Source: Candidatus Latescibacterota bacterium
GTDB taxonomy: Bacteria > Latescibacterota > UBA2968 > GCA-2709665
DNA length: 64,000 bases
Direction: 5' to 3'
Assembly: GCA_963667175.2 (NCBI GenBank)
Contig: CAXXXF010000016.1
Location: 128,001 to 192,000 of the forward strand
The stretch's first letter is position 1. Each line of letters starts with the position of its first letter. The notes beneath the pieces are model-generated. The model was not told the origin of the DNA. It made no database searches and saw only the letters and a list, made by a program, of their open reading frames with translations. Below are positions 8,900 to 20,401 of the stretch, piece after piece. The translations under genes and the position numbers were made by a program.

Positions 8900-11800
8900 T
8901 CAAGCCCAAGGGCCTATGCCTTCCGTGATCTTGCGATACAGGAACTTCTTATCCAACTCCCTTGCACGTTTCTTTACCGCACGATTCAATTCATCCTCGT
9001 TAAGCTGCAAATGAGCCATCTTCATTTCGAAGAAATCGTCCTTTTCCGATACTGCATCGATTTCCTTTCGCATCCACACACGACACCGAGAATCCGCTGA
9101 ACGTAGAAACAGAACCCAGGCGGCGTACGCGGTAGTCGGATCAGGAGCATCGAGATATGCCTTCCACCAATGACGACCGCAAGCTTCGATCCACTTGGAA
9201 CGTGCCGAACTACGGAAAAGCCTTTCATTGTAAGTCTCGAGTTCACCGTCAGGCCAAGCCTCAATGTTGGGCAACGAATTGTTAGCCCGAAAACCATCCA
9301 GTACCGTCGTGCGCATCCGCCTCCACGCAAAGGGCGTGGTCCGGTCTTTTTCGATTACCTCATTGAGCCAATCCGTTTTGTTATTCTCCGATGCGGCAAG
9401 CGCAATTTCGAACAGTGCCAGGTCTGTACGAAAGCACTTTTTCCCCAATATTTCAGCTCGAAGATCCAAGACTTCTGGCGAGTCCAGTACCCGGAAAGCC
9501 AGACGCAGAAGATCTCCGACTTGAATTCGACGAACGATCTGAGCCGTTATCGTGTCAAAAATACCGCGCCAAAAATTCGCACCCCGGTCGGGTTCGTCGG
9601 CGAGTAAGACCTCGCACAGCGTTAAGATTACAGGTGTAGCCAAAAAGACTCGGTGTTCAACCTGAGCGGTACCCCCGGACCAACTGTTTTGCCACTGTTC
9701 GACGTATTCCGGTACATGGGCGAGTATGGATTCGATATCCCGTCTATCGAGTTCTACCGGAAATAGATCGACGCCCTTTCGACGGGCTTCATTTATTCGG
9801 GATGCACCTGTTTCTAGTGCGCGCATACGTGCACGGACATTTGTTAGATCGGATCCCAGTTCGAAGTTGTTCAGGGCGTCGGCAGCCATTGCGGTTCCGA
9901 CGATAGCTGCCGCCAGCCTTACTTCTTCCGGCTTTTCTCCGCGCCGGCGCGCGGCTTCGAGCAAACGCCACGGCGCGAGTCTGGGTGCTAACTCTTCGAA
10001 CGACACCGACAAGGAAGCTTCGATTAGAGAATCAGATCCAGACTGATTATAGTAGAAATGTCTATTTGGACTCCACGACCAACAGCCTTCCAAGAGTTCG
10101 CGACCGAAACGACGCACGTCCGCTTGGTTCATTATCATGAATGCAGGTGTCGAAAGGTCGTCATCTTCATGCAAGGTAAACCTGAGAATCCACGACCACG
10201 CAAATTCGGTAAGTTCGAACTGCTGCAACGCAAGTAGCGTTAGTAAAGCCTGTTGCTGTTTCGGCGGAGCCGAGTCATACTGCCTTATTAGCGTATCCAC
10301 ATCAGCGGCCGTCAAAGGGTTCAGTACTATAGTATAATCACGTAATAATTCCGGAGGGTCCGCCTCGATTATTGCTTCAACTTGGTTCCGACCTTGCAGA
10401 CTCCCTATTTCGATCATTAAGAGTCGGCTTGCGGCGAATGACTCGTTTTTTGTGTCACTTTCTCGTACTTTGCGACGAAGGGCACGTGCCGCTGCTGCTT
10501 CAGCTTCCCCGGAAAGGATAAATTGATTCGTCGCCGAAATAGCGCTCCAATAGCGAGACTCACCTGGGCAAGTTTCAAGGCCTTGGAGTTTGCGACGCAT
10601 AAGGTCGGCAAGCAAATCTGGTGCAGATCGAGCAAGAGCTGGTACGGTTTCTTCGAATCGAACATCATGAATCGTCGGCCCCATGCTTCGGTTCAACTTC
10701 TCAACGTCTAGATTTGCGGCTATTTCGCTAAGTTCGACTATGAAATTGTCGGGTAAATCAAAGGTGGGATCCAACCACAACTCTCCTATTCTCTTTATGC
10801 GGGATTGCACCGGGAGTTCCCGATCCTGAAGGACCTCGTGAGCGTGTTGCCGTTCCAGAGGTAACAAACTTTGGCCTGGATTTGACAAATAGTCTCGCTC
10901 ATAGTTGCGGCCACCACCGATGTCCGGGTCCAGAAGTGCAGCTGCTTTGTCATCCTGCTCGCAACCGGTCAACCAAAGTAATAGCGCGGCAACGCGCTTG
11001 GGTAGATCGGGGTGTACACCGGGTTCCGGAATGCGACTACGGACTTTCTCCGATAAGTCACGCAGACCCTCAGCAGTTTCTTCGGGATCGACTTCGTTTA
11101 ACAAGCAGAGCCATTCCAACGCCTCCCAGCATCCACTATGATCTCCGGCGGCAAGGGCAGTGGCCGCTGCCTCAAAAGCTGGCAACGCTTTATGCAGCGG
11201 AAAGCCTTCAAGAATCGCCGGCACTGTCGACTTAACGAGACCCGGAAACCGATCGACCAGATTGAGTTCGACACCGACAACTGAAATGGTACCGGCACAG
11301 TGAGTTCCGATCATTTTCGAGAGATGATCTTCCCTCCATTTTCTCTGTTCATCGCTCCGTTTTCGCCGAGTGTCAATGTCACGATAAACGGTACCCATCC
11401 AACGTCGTGTACGTTCGACCAAGACTTCAAGGGCCGCGTTGTCCGTCCTCGGAATAGCGCACAACGCCTTTACAGCCCAATGTCGTGCTGATTCATGAAC
11501 ATAGGTGTCCGAATTTTCAACTGCGTCAATCAGGGCTCCGGGAAGATCTGACGCAAGTGCTACGATTTCCTGCCTTTGCGCATCGGTTGCATTCTGATCG
11601 TGTAACCACGCCGTTAGTAGGACCCCGGATGTTGAACTGGCTCCCCGGCCCTGTTCAATTAGAATTGACACTCCCGCACGCAGTATCTCTGAAGTTTGAT
11701 CGAATCCCGCAATCGGATCAAGCCAATTCATTAACTCGACATCTAAGGATTCAAAGTTTTGTGACGTCTGCTTATCGAGATGTGTCACAAGCGAAATTGC

Positions 11801-13432
11801 AAGCGCATGCGCGACGATTGCGGGTTCAAGTACCAAATCGCCTGACGAATTGGCCTTTACGAAACGACCGTCGACAATATCGCTCAGCCGTGCGTAAACC
11901 TCTCGTTCCGTGAGGTCGGGACGGCTCATTGTCTCTCCAAGCGACTTAATCGAATACTCCCGAATGCCATCTCGATATTGTCGTGCTATGTCTTTCAGCC
12001 AGTCTCTCCAATCGACTTCACTGAATGACTCTCCGGCCCGCACGCCAAGCGCGTCACGGCCGTATTCCCAGAGCAATCGGTGCAGTGTTATTGGTTCAGT
12101 TTCGCCAAATCGTCCTCTGAATCGAACAACCAAATCGAAAAGGCGCGGAGTACGTGCCATTTCAAGCACATCCTGGCGAAAATCCTCACGCCTAAGACCC
12201 TCGTACGCCAGCATCTGTTCGATTTCACCGCCAGGCTCGGCATCATAACGTCCAATTTCGATCGGTACAGCCGCTTCTACCAGACCATTCAGTGTAGACA
12301 ACCTATTTTCAAAATGATGCTTCCGCGTACTGACAATCACCCGTATTCTTCCTCTAAATGATCCTGATTGCAGAACTTTCAGCAAATCCAACCACGAAAC
12401 TGACGGCTGCTGATTTAATCCATCAAACCAAACCGTTACAGATGGACCTTCATGTACAGGACGTTTTAGTATACGGTCGAGGCGTCGGTGCCAATGATCA
12501 GGGCTTCTTACATCTGTCAATGCAAAAAGACGTTCTGCCAAAAAACGCTTAAATTCCGTATCCGACACAGCCAGATTTCCGGCCACTGCCGATGATGGAA
12601 TTGTGAGAATTACAGGTTGCTCGCTTCGGTTTCCGAATAACCATTCTAACGTCGTCCAGGTTTTGCCAACGCCTTCACGACCCAACACGACCGCAGGGGC
12701 ATCATCCCGCGCGGATCCACGCCACCAGCGGTCCAGCGAGTCGTGTACATTCTTGCGCTTGACCTTCTTTTCTGTGGATCCTCCCGCGCAATTCTGTCCA
12801 AATACTGCAGCGGACTCTCTCGGGTTATTCCAGATCTCGTTGAGTCTTTCGTGTGATATCTGTCGCAATGATTCGAACCCCAGACACCAGGATTCCAGGT
12901 CGCGTTTTAGTCGTTTAATGGCAGCAACAGATGCAATTTGAAGATCGCGAGCAGCCCGCCCTGCGGCACTTGAAAATATGGTGTCGACTAAATCAGGAGA
13001 AGATGCGCACAACGCTACGAGAGGCCCGATTTCATCGTCCTGCCAATCAAAAGTCAAGATCGGTACGCCATGCCAGTCGCCACATTGATCTAGCGACTGC
13101 CGAATTTGCTCCGGCACTGTACGTGTCGTAACCAAAATCCACGCTTCAAGGGCTTGATCACGTCTGACTGCGTGTTGAATCTCTCCCAGCAGCTTGCGCT
13201 CGTCAAAGCCGGTTTTGTCACTGTACTTCTTGCATTCAAGGCGAAACCGCCTGCCCTGCTGTCCAGCGGGCCCTGCATCAGCTCCGTGTTGAAAGCCCGA
13301 GCGGGCGACTGCAATAGGTACGTTGAGGAGGCGACCGATCAAAGCCGCTACAAGCTTCTCGAACCCGGACGAATCCGTCTCGTTCTGAAGCTCGTGCTTG
13401 AGGTTTTTCAAGGCTGCTGAAATCGTAGACAC
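8900..13432 (-). CDS. Large defence-type protein: N-terminal Mrr-like PD-(D/E)XK nuclease + STAND/NACHT-like ATPase + helical C-terminus
   Basis: FEKLVAALI..QHGADAG..RLECKKY; Walker A GREGVGKT; Walker B VWFDGLNQ; 1510 aa. Confidence 0.72.
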   Translation of the reverse strand: MSTISAALKNLKHELQNETDSSGFEKLVAALIGRLLNVPIAVARSGFQHGADAGPAGQQGRRFRLECKKYSDKTGFDERKLLGEIQHAVRRDQALEAWILVTTRTVPEQIRQSLDQCGDWHGVPILTFDWQDDEIGPLVALCASSPDLVDTIFSSAAGRAARDLQIASVAAIKRLKRDLESWCLGFESLRQISHERLNEIWNNPRESAAVFGQNCAGGSTEKKVKRKNVHDSLDRWWRGSARDDAPAVVLGREGVGKTWTTLEWLFGNRSEQPVILTIPSSAVAGNLAVSDTEFKRFLAERLFALTDVRSPDHWHRRLDRILKRPVHEGPSVTVWFDGLNQQPSVSWLDLLKVLQSGSFRGRIRVIVSTRKHHFENRLSTLNGLVEAAVPIEIGRYDAEPGGEIEQMLAYEGLRREDFRQDVLEMARTPRLFDLVVRFRGRFGETEPITLHRLLWEYGRDALGVRAGESFSEVDWRDWLKDIARQYRDGIREYSIKSLGETMSRPDLTEREVYARLSDIVDGRFVKANSSGDLVLEPAIVAHALAISLVTHLDKQTSQNFESLDVELMNWLDPIAGFDQTSEILRAGVSILIEQGRGASSTSGVLLTAWLHDQNATDAQRQEIVALASDLPGALIDAVENSDTYVHESARHWAVKALCAIPRTDNAALEVLVERTRRWMGTVYRDIDTRRKRSDEQRKWREDHLSKMIGTHCAGTISVVGVELNLVDRFPGLVKSTVPAILEGFPLHKALPAFEAAATALAAGDHSGCWEALEWLCLLNEVDPEETAEGLRDLSEKVRSRIPEPGVHPDLPKRVAALLLWLTGCEQDDKAAALLDPDIGGGRNYERDYLSNPGQSLLPLERQHAHEVLQDRELPVQSRIKRIGELWLDPTFDLPDNFIVELSEIAANLDVEKLNRSMGPTIHDVRFEETVPALARSAPDLLADLMRRKLQGLETCPGESRYWSAISATNQFILSGEAEAAAARALRRKVRESDTKNESFAASRLLMIEIGSLQGRNQVEAIIEADPPELLRDYTIVLNPLTAADVDTLIRQYDSAPPKQQQALLTLLALQQFELTEFAWSWILRFTLHEDDDLSTPAFMIMNQADVRRFGRELLEGCWSWSPNRHFYYNQSGSDSLIEASLSVSFEELAPRLAPWRLLEAARRRGEKPEEVRLAAAIVGTAMAADALNNFELGSDLTNVRARMRALETGASRINEARRKGVDLFPVELDRRDIESILAHVPEYVEQWQNSWSGGTAQVEHRVFLATPVILTLCEVLLADEPDRGANFWRGIFDTITAQIVRRIQVGDLLRLAFRVLDSPEVLDLRAEILGKKCFRTDLALFEIALAASENNKTDWLNEVIEKDRTTPFAWRRMRTTVLDGFRANNSLPNIEAWPDGELETYNERLFRSSARSKWIEACGRHWWKAYLDAPDPTTAYAAWVLFLRSADSRCRVWMRKEIDAVSEKDDFFEMKMAHLQLNEDELNRAVKKRARELDKKFLYRKITEGIGPWA

Positions 13433-13730
13433 AATGCTGGCCTGTGCATTGGCATTCGGTTCACGGAGCTGGTTCTGCAGAACTCAACATTTCCGAGTGA
13501 CTCCCAACTGCATTCTTCCAATACGGCATCGACTATTGATTTATCGAGATTGTATATGTACTTGCGCTGCCGGGCACTGTATCTGACGCCGATGTACAGC
13601 CTCAAATGGACTCGTGCCGTAGACGACTTGTACCTTTGGTACCGGAGTGCCCTTCAGATTCTTAGCGACGACGTACTGCATCGAGATTGCACCATTCGAG
13701 CTTGCCCGCTTGCGTCTTCCCTGACCTGGC

Positions 13731-16700
13731 TCAATCAGAATGCCGAAGTATCCCTTGGCTAAACAGTTTTTCCTGGGCGCGCTCGGCGTTTTTCCGGACT
13801 CTTTCGTCGTTATGTTCGAGACCGGCTTTCAAGATCGCTTTTGCATCGTCAGCCGGAATGTAGAAACCGCCACTTCTGGGTAGCACATCCGTCAGCTTGG
13901 CGAAACATCCGACTACCCTTGGAGTATGTTCAGGAAGCATTGCTCGCAATTGTCGAGTCGCATCGTGTGGGAGCCGTGTTTCCGGGTCGTCGTCACGCCC
14001 GTCTCTGAGATTCTTGGTTTCGTTCAGGATTCCACGAATCTTCAAGACCCTCGACAAGGCATCTAAACGCCATTCGGTATCAAGGCATTCAGCTTCGAAC
14101 CATTCAGAAAATTTCCGAAGTTCCAATGCTTCCTCGGTCTTCAATCGCCACTCGAAGAAGGTGACGATTCTGTCCTTTGAACCATTTTCAAGCTGATTGC
14201 CAGCTTTTCGCAATGAATGCCCTACATAGTTAAACAGAGTCGCCCAATGCTCTCTCTTACCATCGCTAGCTTTGTAGAATCCGTTCAGTAGACTACCAGC
14301 GCCTACCAATGGAAATACTCCCCATGTGTAGTATGAAAACAAGTGTTCCCCAATGATGCCCGTGAGATTTCCTAAAACATTCTCCCGATCTCTCAATCGG
14401 TCCAGATGATTCAGGGCGAACTCGAAGTCATCGCGAACATATTCAAAGACTGCCTTATCCGGGTGATTATAGCGAAGAAGGCTACCGAAGGCCCCACGCC
14501 AAGCGGCAAAATTGTGTTGGGGAAACAAGATCGACTTGCGGTCTGATGCCCAATGTTTATCAAGATCGAAAATTGACCGGTAGAGCCTACCCAGGATCAC
14601 GTATTCCGGAATTGTCAGCGGATACGCCGCTTCCGATCCAAACCTCTTTTCGAGGATCGCCTTCAATTCCGGTACGTCCGCTTTGCTATCTTGTCTGCGT
14701 ATCCAGAGTCCAAATTTGACCAGATTCTCCAGCGCGCACCCCCTTGTTGTGTTAATCGCTTCGGTCAATTGATCGTCACGGTTCAATGGTGTCCGATCAT
14801 CTCGATCGAGTAGCCAGTCGTATTGCGTACAGAGCAGGCCCAAGATGGTAACCAAATGTACCCGAAAGTGAGCCGGAACTTCCGCATTGTGTTCCAAACA
14901 CGCCTCTACAAAGTTGCAGACGGCACGCCGCGCGGTATGCCATCGGGGAGACACGCGAGATCGATCCCACAGTTGAGCGACACCGTATGGATGCTCATTT
15001 CTAGGATCCGAGTGCGAGAGCACCCATTCACAAAACGGAAACCATTGTTCGAGTTTGTCGAAGTTCTTCGCCTTTACCTGGTCCCGCATTGCATTAATCA
15101 TCGCCCTGACGTAAATGGGCCGAAGGATGTTTTGGCGATTACTCATCCAGAAATCGAGCCTGTCGACCTGCGGGATTATTGACTCTCTGAAGACAATCTG
15201 AAACGCATCAGCAAGTGCTTCAATGTTTATGTCCGTGAGCCAGTCATCGTTGGGCCGGTGTTCGTCCTGCCACTCGTTTATGTATTCAAGCAGTTGTACA
15301 TCCGATAGCGCCGCAAGTTCTTGGGGCGATCTTGGACTGAGGTTCGTAACCACCCCGCCATTGGATATTCTGCGACGCGAGTAGCTCTCATCCGTTATTT
15401 CATCCTCGGTTTCATCGGCTTCAAGTTCCTGATAGTAGTCCGAATACTTCCCAAAAAGCAGTTGCGCGAACGGTCTGAGTTGCTTTCGATGGAAACCCAA
15501 TGTCTCCCTGCTCAAATCTGGATTCCGTAAATTCGTCACCCATGAAGAAGCGGTAATCCTCCTCTGGAGGGCCGCTGAGGATTTCATCATATATTTCCTT
15601 ACGCTCGTTCTCGGTGAGCAAGTCCTCGCCGAAGTGTTCAGCGGCCAACCTGATCATCCGCTGAAATTCGTAGCCATATCGCAATCGGCCGTATTCGTGC
15701 GCTACAATGAACTCTCGAATCCACGGTTTGGTTTGCTCGCAAGGGTGCAAAGCGTAAAGGTGCTGACGGAGACGCGCGAAAACAGCCCAACGCTGATTGC
15801 GAAGAATTCCGTCCAGAGCCTCAATCGACTCGCTCTCTTGTTCAAAGACCCTTTCACAGACAGAGGTTAGCGTATGGACAAGGGTCTCTTTGGAATCCGG
15901 ATAGTCCGTTTTTGGTTCGTTGAGTCGCGGACACCAAGTTTCCGAATAGTCGGAAATCGTCTCGCTATCAAGATCGTCTTCGTGTATTCCGAAACGAATC
16001 ATAGTCGCCGTTGCGTCAATCAGTATACGGGCGACCTTGTAAGGCTCTTTATCAGCCAGCGGTCGAACGTTCTCGTTAAGGATGTCCGTAAAAATGGAGC
16101 TGAATCTCGGAACCGGTTCAAGTGTCGTCGCAATTAACGAGGCGACATCATGGCCATTCATCTGCCTCTTTTGTTTCTGCTTTTCTTCTGCGTCGGGGTC
16201 AGGGGCAAATTGGACCAGTATTTGCGCAAGTTCAGCGGCAGCATCGGTTTGGTCCGTGGAGATCCAATATGCCAGCAGATCTGGAAATTTAAAGGGAAAG
16301 AACTGGTGTTCGAGTCTCGCGTACTCAAGCATCTTTGGTAGCAGTTGCGCTGATCGCTCGCCGTCGAGTTTCAATGCAATTTCTAGGATATTTGCGTAGA
16401 CCTTCGGATTATCTACGGCCGGCAATTTCAACACCAAGTCGAGTACAACCCGAGGAGCGCACACGCACACATCTTCGAGATATTGAAGTTCCGGCCAAAA
16501 AGGAAAACGGACGTATCCATCTGACAAGTACTCGGCTTTGGGTGGATTCTTGAAGAATCCCCTTTCCTTCAAAAACGGAATCCAAACGGGGTGCGTTGCG
16601 TTTGTAAAGAAGAAGACGTAATTAGCGCCCCTACGTGAAATCAGCCTATAAAGAGCATCTACGTCAGTATCGGAGTGTTCGGATTTACCCAGGATGGACT

Positions 16701-17547
16701 GGATCTCCTGCTGATCCTGCGCCGTAATTGGAGCGAGAAGATCATAGACCAAACGTTCAAGCGTTTCAACATTCTCCATGAACTTCATTTCATCTCTTGC
16801 ACGGATTGACCGATGATGCGCGAAACCTTCCAGCTGACTCCACGTCTTGTGAAACGCATCCCGTTTTCGGTTTTGGATATCAGTTCCCATTTGATCTGCC
16901 ATCGGGTCGATGTTTCTAATCGCAATCTGAATTTGTTCCTTTCGGGACGGCTGTAGATTTAGCTGCAAATATCGATCGATCCTTCTGAGCGTCTCGTCAA
17001 GTCTAGCGTCGATTTTCTTGTCCTTCCAGATTTCCCTGTATCTATTCTTATCGTTCACAAAACGCTCACGTATTCCCTGCCTCATTCCCGGGAAGTCGTA
17101 AGTCTGTACATCGCTTTCGTAGACGACTCGAGGAAGTTTCTCCACGAGCTCTCTCAATGACTGCGCAGCCTGAGAGATCCGGTCCGGATTATATGGGTTC
17201 TCCAAGGCGTAAAGCGCGCCCAAGTACCAATCCCCCAAACGGTACTCTTCAGTTTCAACGCGTCTTAACGATTCCAAAACTTGCAATTGAATGGTGCTGA
17301 GTTGTAGTGGTTTCGGCTGACCTAAACTTACCTGTTGGTCGCCGCCACAAGTGCCCGAAGCGAACCCTTTGGCAGCCTCCTGATCACCCAACCGCTTCCT
17401 TGCATCCAGGATCTCGATACCGGCGAGGCGGTCTGACGCATCGTAGTCCAGCGCGATCCCTTCCTCAACCCTATCCGTCGTCACCGTTGTTTCCTTTAGG
17501 CGGATGTAAAGCGCATCGACCTCACGATCATAAGAAACCTTTACCAT
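13731..17547 (-). pseudogene. ~1270-aa uncharacterised protein split by a frameshift near 15505, with a DUF2283 antitoxin domain fused at the N-terminus
   Basis: ORFs 15421-17547 and 13731-15590 overlap and read on as ..ESRFEQ / LGFHRKQLRPF..; first ~55 aa (YDREVDALYIRL..GIEILDA) resemble DUF2283. Confidence 0.7.
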
Positions 17548-17554
17548 CGTCGCC

Positions 17555-17806
17555 TCAATAGAATGTGTATACGGTTATGACAACGATCTCAATCTGCTTT
17601 TCAACAAAGATAGGCCTGACTTTCTTTCTCATGTAGAATTCACCATTCCAATTGCTACGAAACGGGAAATCCCTATTGCTAACAAACCTGCATTCATCCG
17701 CCGATCTCCATGCGGAGGAACGAATCGACTCGACAACTTCCTGTTTCGTGGCGCCACGATGCCTCATTTGATCGAGTGCATGATTGGAAAATCGGATTGG
17801 TTTCAA
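17555..17806 (-). CDS. DUF4258-like (RelE/BrnT-fold) toxin
   Basis: IRFSNHALDQMRHRG..EIVVITVYTFY; directly upstream of the DUF2283 domain. Confidence 0.8.
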   Translation of the reverse strand: MKPIRFSNHALDQMRHRGATKQEVVESIRSSAWRSADECRFVSNRDFPFRSNWNGEFYMRKKVRPIFVEKQIEIVVITVYTFY

Positions 17807-18897
17807 TTGTCCTTAAGTTTTGTCTGAGTTCGCCTGACAAATGATGAGCGAGGTCCAAGCAAGACTCGAGTGGTCTGTGCGGAGATCCCGCGCGGAATCT
17901 CCGCAACGCCGAGGCCTGATCCGAAAGATTCAGAACGTGCGAATGCAGACATTCTCGCATCTCTATACTCCGACTCCACGTAGTTCGTTTCCGAGGATGA
18001 GATTTTCTGGTGAGGGAACCCACTTGTCTTCGGTGGGAAGATGCAGTTGATTTCTAAGTTGCCGCTTGTACCGTCGCAGTCCCTCTGTCCTCCCGATTTT
18101 TCGCAGATGCCCGGCCCTCGCAGAGTTCAAATGGATTGAATATTCGCCATCGACGTACAATAAGCCCGTGTCGTACGATCGATGATGAAGAGCGCAGAGG
18201 GCTAAACCATTGCTGACGGCATCGTGGCCTTTTGGATGCGCATGAGGGACAATGTGGGCAGCATCCACAAGATCCAATTGGATCCCACACATCGCACACG
18301 TATGGTCATATACCTCCAACACCTTTTGCCGGAACTGCGGGCTTCGAGGGTATGCAATTCGGGTTAAGGTGACTCTCCGTCTGTTTATTTCAACTGATCG
18401 GTGAAGGGGCTGTCCGAGCGGGGTTTTACAATGAACCTCAAATAGCTCCTCGAGATCTTCGTCTGCGGCTTCATGAAGTACTGATGCGTTTTCCACATAT
18501 ATGCCGATTAGATCGGCCCGGAAGTTGATCACGTTTTGCCCGTCGGTATCGAGATACGTAGAGAATCCTCTTGTCACAGCCATACGCATTGACGATAGAC
18601 GAGTATAAATGGAAAACCGTTGCGCTCGCGGATTACGATCCAGGAATCTATCTGGATCCCAAGCGCTAAACGCCTTCGCATCTGCGGAAAAACCCAAGAC
18701 CAATACTGTGTCCCCGATTTGCCTGTCTTTGGTCAATTTCGTTGGCAGATGGCCTGGACACTGGATCCGGTATTCGTCCGGATCAGAACGTCGAGCAAAG
18801 TGGACATTACCTATGAATACCGAAAGATATCGATCCTTATAGTAGAATCGGTACGGGTTATCTCCACCGACGAAGTACACAGCATGCGTGTGTTGGC

Positions 18898-20322
18898 GGG
18901 AATGTACCTATCTTAGTTGAAATAGAAGAGGCTCCGATGTAAATTGGATACGGTAGTCGCGAAATGAATACTGTATCCTCATACGAAAGGAGCCTGTGAT
19001 GGGCAAGGTATCATCGAAGTCTCGTGAAGTCAAGTTGAACACGGAAGGTGTTGTGAGGTCCAGGGCGGTTCCCGCGGGTATGCTGGAGGATGTTGACGTC
19101 CGTGTGGCCTTTATCCAGTCGCTGATCCCTCTGGGTCTGGCCGCCGTGGAGGAAATCTTGCAGAATGAGGTCGCCGCGTTGACGGGCAAGAGATACAGTC
19201 GCAAGACGTGCAAGACCCGGAATCGCCGGTGGGGCACGCAACGGGGATCGGTGTATCTATCGGACCAGAAAGTGCCCATGGACGTGCCGAGGGTGCGCGA
19301 CGTGGTAGCCAATGAGGAGGTGCCTCTACAGGCGTATCGCCGCTTGCAGCGCCCCAAAGACATGGACGAAGGGTTGCTGCTTCGCGTCCTGGGCGGCCTT
19401 GCCACGCGTTCATACGCCCGTTGCGCAGAGGCGGTACCCGAGGCGTTTGGCTTGTCTTCGTCGACGGTCTCGAAACGGTTCATGAAGGCATCGGCGGCCA
19501 AGCTGAGGCAGTTTCAAGAACGGTCGCTTGCCGGCTATGACCTGGTGGGGCTGTTTATGGATGGCAAGACCTTTGCCGATCAGCAGATGATCATTGCCCT
19601 TGGCGTGACCATACACGGGCACAAGGTCCCGCTGGGGTTCGTGCAGGCCGCCAGTGAAAATGAGCGCGTGTGCCGGCAGTTTGTCAATTCGCTCATTGAT
19701 CGCGGACTGCGGTATCACCAGGGGCTGCTGTGCCTCATCGACGGCTCGAAGGGATTGCGGTCCGCGCTGACCAAGGCCCTATCCGGATACGTCGCCATAC
19801 AACGCTGTCAGTGGCACAAACGGGAAAACGTGATCGCCTATCTGCCCAAATCACAGCAGGACGAGGTCAGAAAGGCCCTCCACGATGCGTACGACAAGGA
19901 GACCTACAACGACGCCAAAGCCGCACTCCAGGCCCTCAAACCCTCCCTGGCGCTGAGGAATGCAGCGGCACTGAACAGCCTCGAGGAAGGGCTCGAAGAA
20001 ACCCTCACCCTCCATCGGCTGGGACTCATGCCACAGCTCAAACAGTCGTTCCGCACCACCAACTGTATCGAATCCCTCAACGCCATGGTCGCTCAGCGCA
20101 CACGCAATGTAAAACGATGGAACAACTCCGATCAGCGATATCGATGGTTGGCAGCCGCCCTGTTGGATATACAGCCCCGACTGCGGAGAATCAAAGGATA
20201 TCGCTTTCTTCCCGTACTCAGACTTCCACTACAAAAACACCTCAACCTCAATCATGACGCGCAAGAGGCCTACGCCGCCGACTGAACGCCTCTCCTTTTT
20301 CAACTAAAAATAGTACTTGCCC
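18898..20322 (+). mobile_element. IS256-family insertion sequence
   Basis: ~35-bp imperfect TIRs (gggaatgtacctatcttagttgaaa / tttcaactaaaaatagtacttgccc); 8-bp TSD GTGTTGGC at 18890-18897 and 20323-20330. Confidence 0.93.
18996..20285 (+). CDS. IS256-family (Mutator-like) transposase
   Basis: VPRVRD, LFMDG, LIDGSKGL, QRCQWH, TTNCIES motifs. Confidence 0.93.
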   Translation: MMGKVSSKSREVKLNTEGVVRSRAVPAGMLEDVDVRVAFIQSLIPLGLAAVEEILQNEVAALTGKRYSRKTCKTRNRRWGTQRGSVYLSDQKVPMDVPRVRDVVANEEVPLQAYRRLQRPKDMDEGLLLRVLGGLATRSYARCAEAVPEAFGLSSSTVSKRFMKASAAKLRQFQERSLAGYDLVGLFMDGKTFADQQMIIALGVTIHGHKVPLGFVQAASENERVCRQFVNSLIDRGLRYHQGLLCLIDGSKGLRSALTKALSGYVAIQRCQWHKRENVIAYLPKSQQDEVRKALHDAYDKETYNDAKAALQALKPSLALRNAAALNSLEEGLEETLTLHRLGLMPQLKQSFRTTNCIESLNAMVAQRTRNVKRWNNSDQRYRWLAAALLDIQPRLRRIKGYRFLPVLRLPLQKHLNLNHDAQEAYAAD

Positions 20323-20401
20323 GTGTTGGCGTAAGGCGTCAAATAACGCGTGAAAGAGGTCTTTCCTGTCGAGTAGCATCATTTCGCATAGGCCTCGTTG
20401 A

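Larger units (their letters stand above)
17963..20382 (-). pseudogene. HNH endonuclease interrupted near its 5' end by IS256
   Basis: CAMC..DAAHI..NGLALCALHH; removing the IS and one TSD joins MMLLDRKDLFHALFDALRQH in frame to THAVYFVGG. Confidence 0.85.

Noticed and set aside
13435-13730. Short atcgagattg repeats between the two giant genes
   Set aside because: Only two short copies with no regular period or clear structure.
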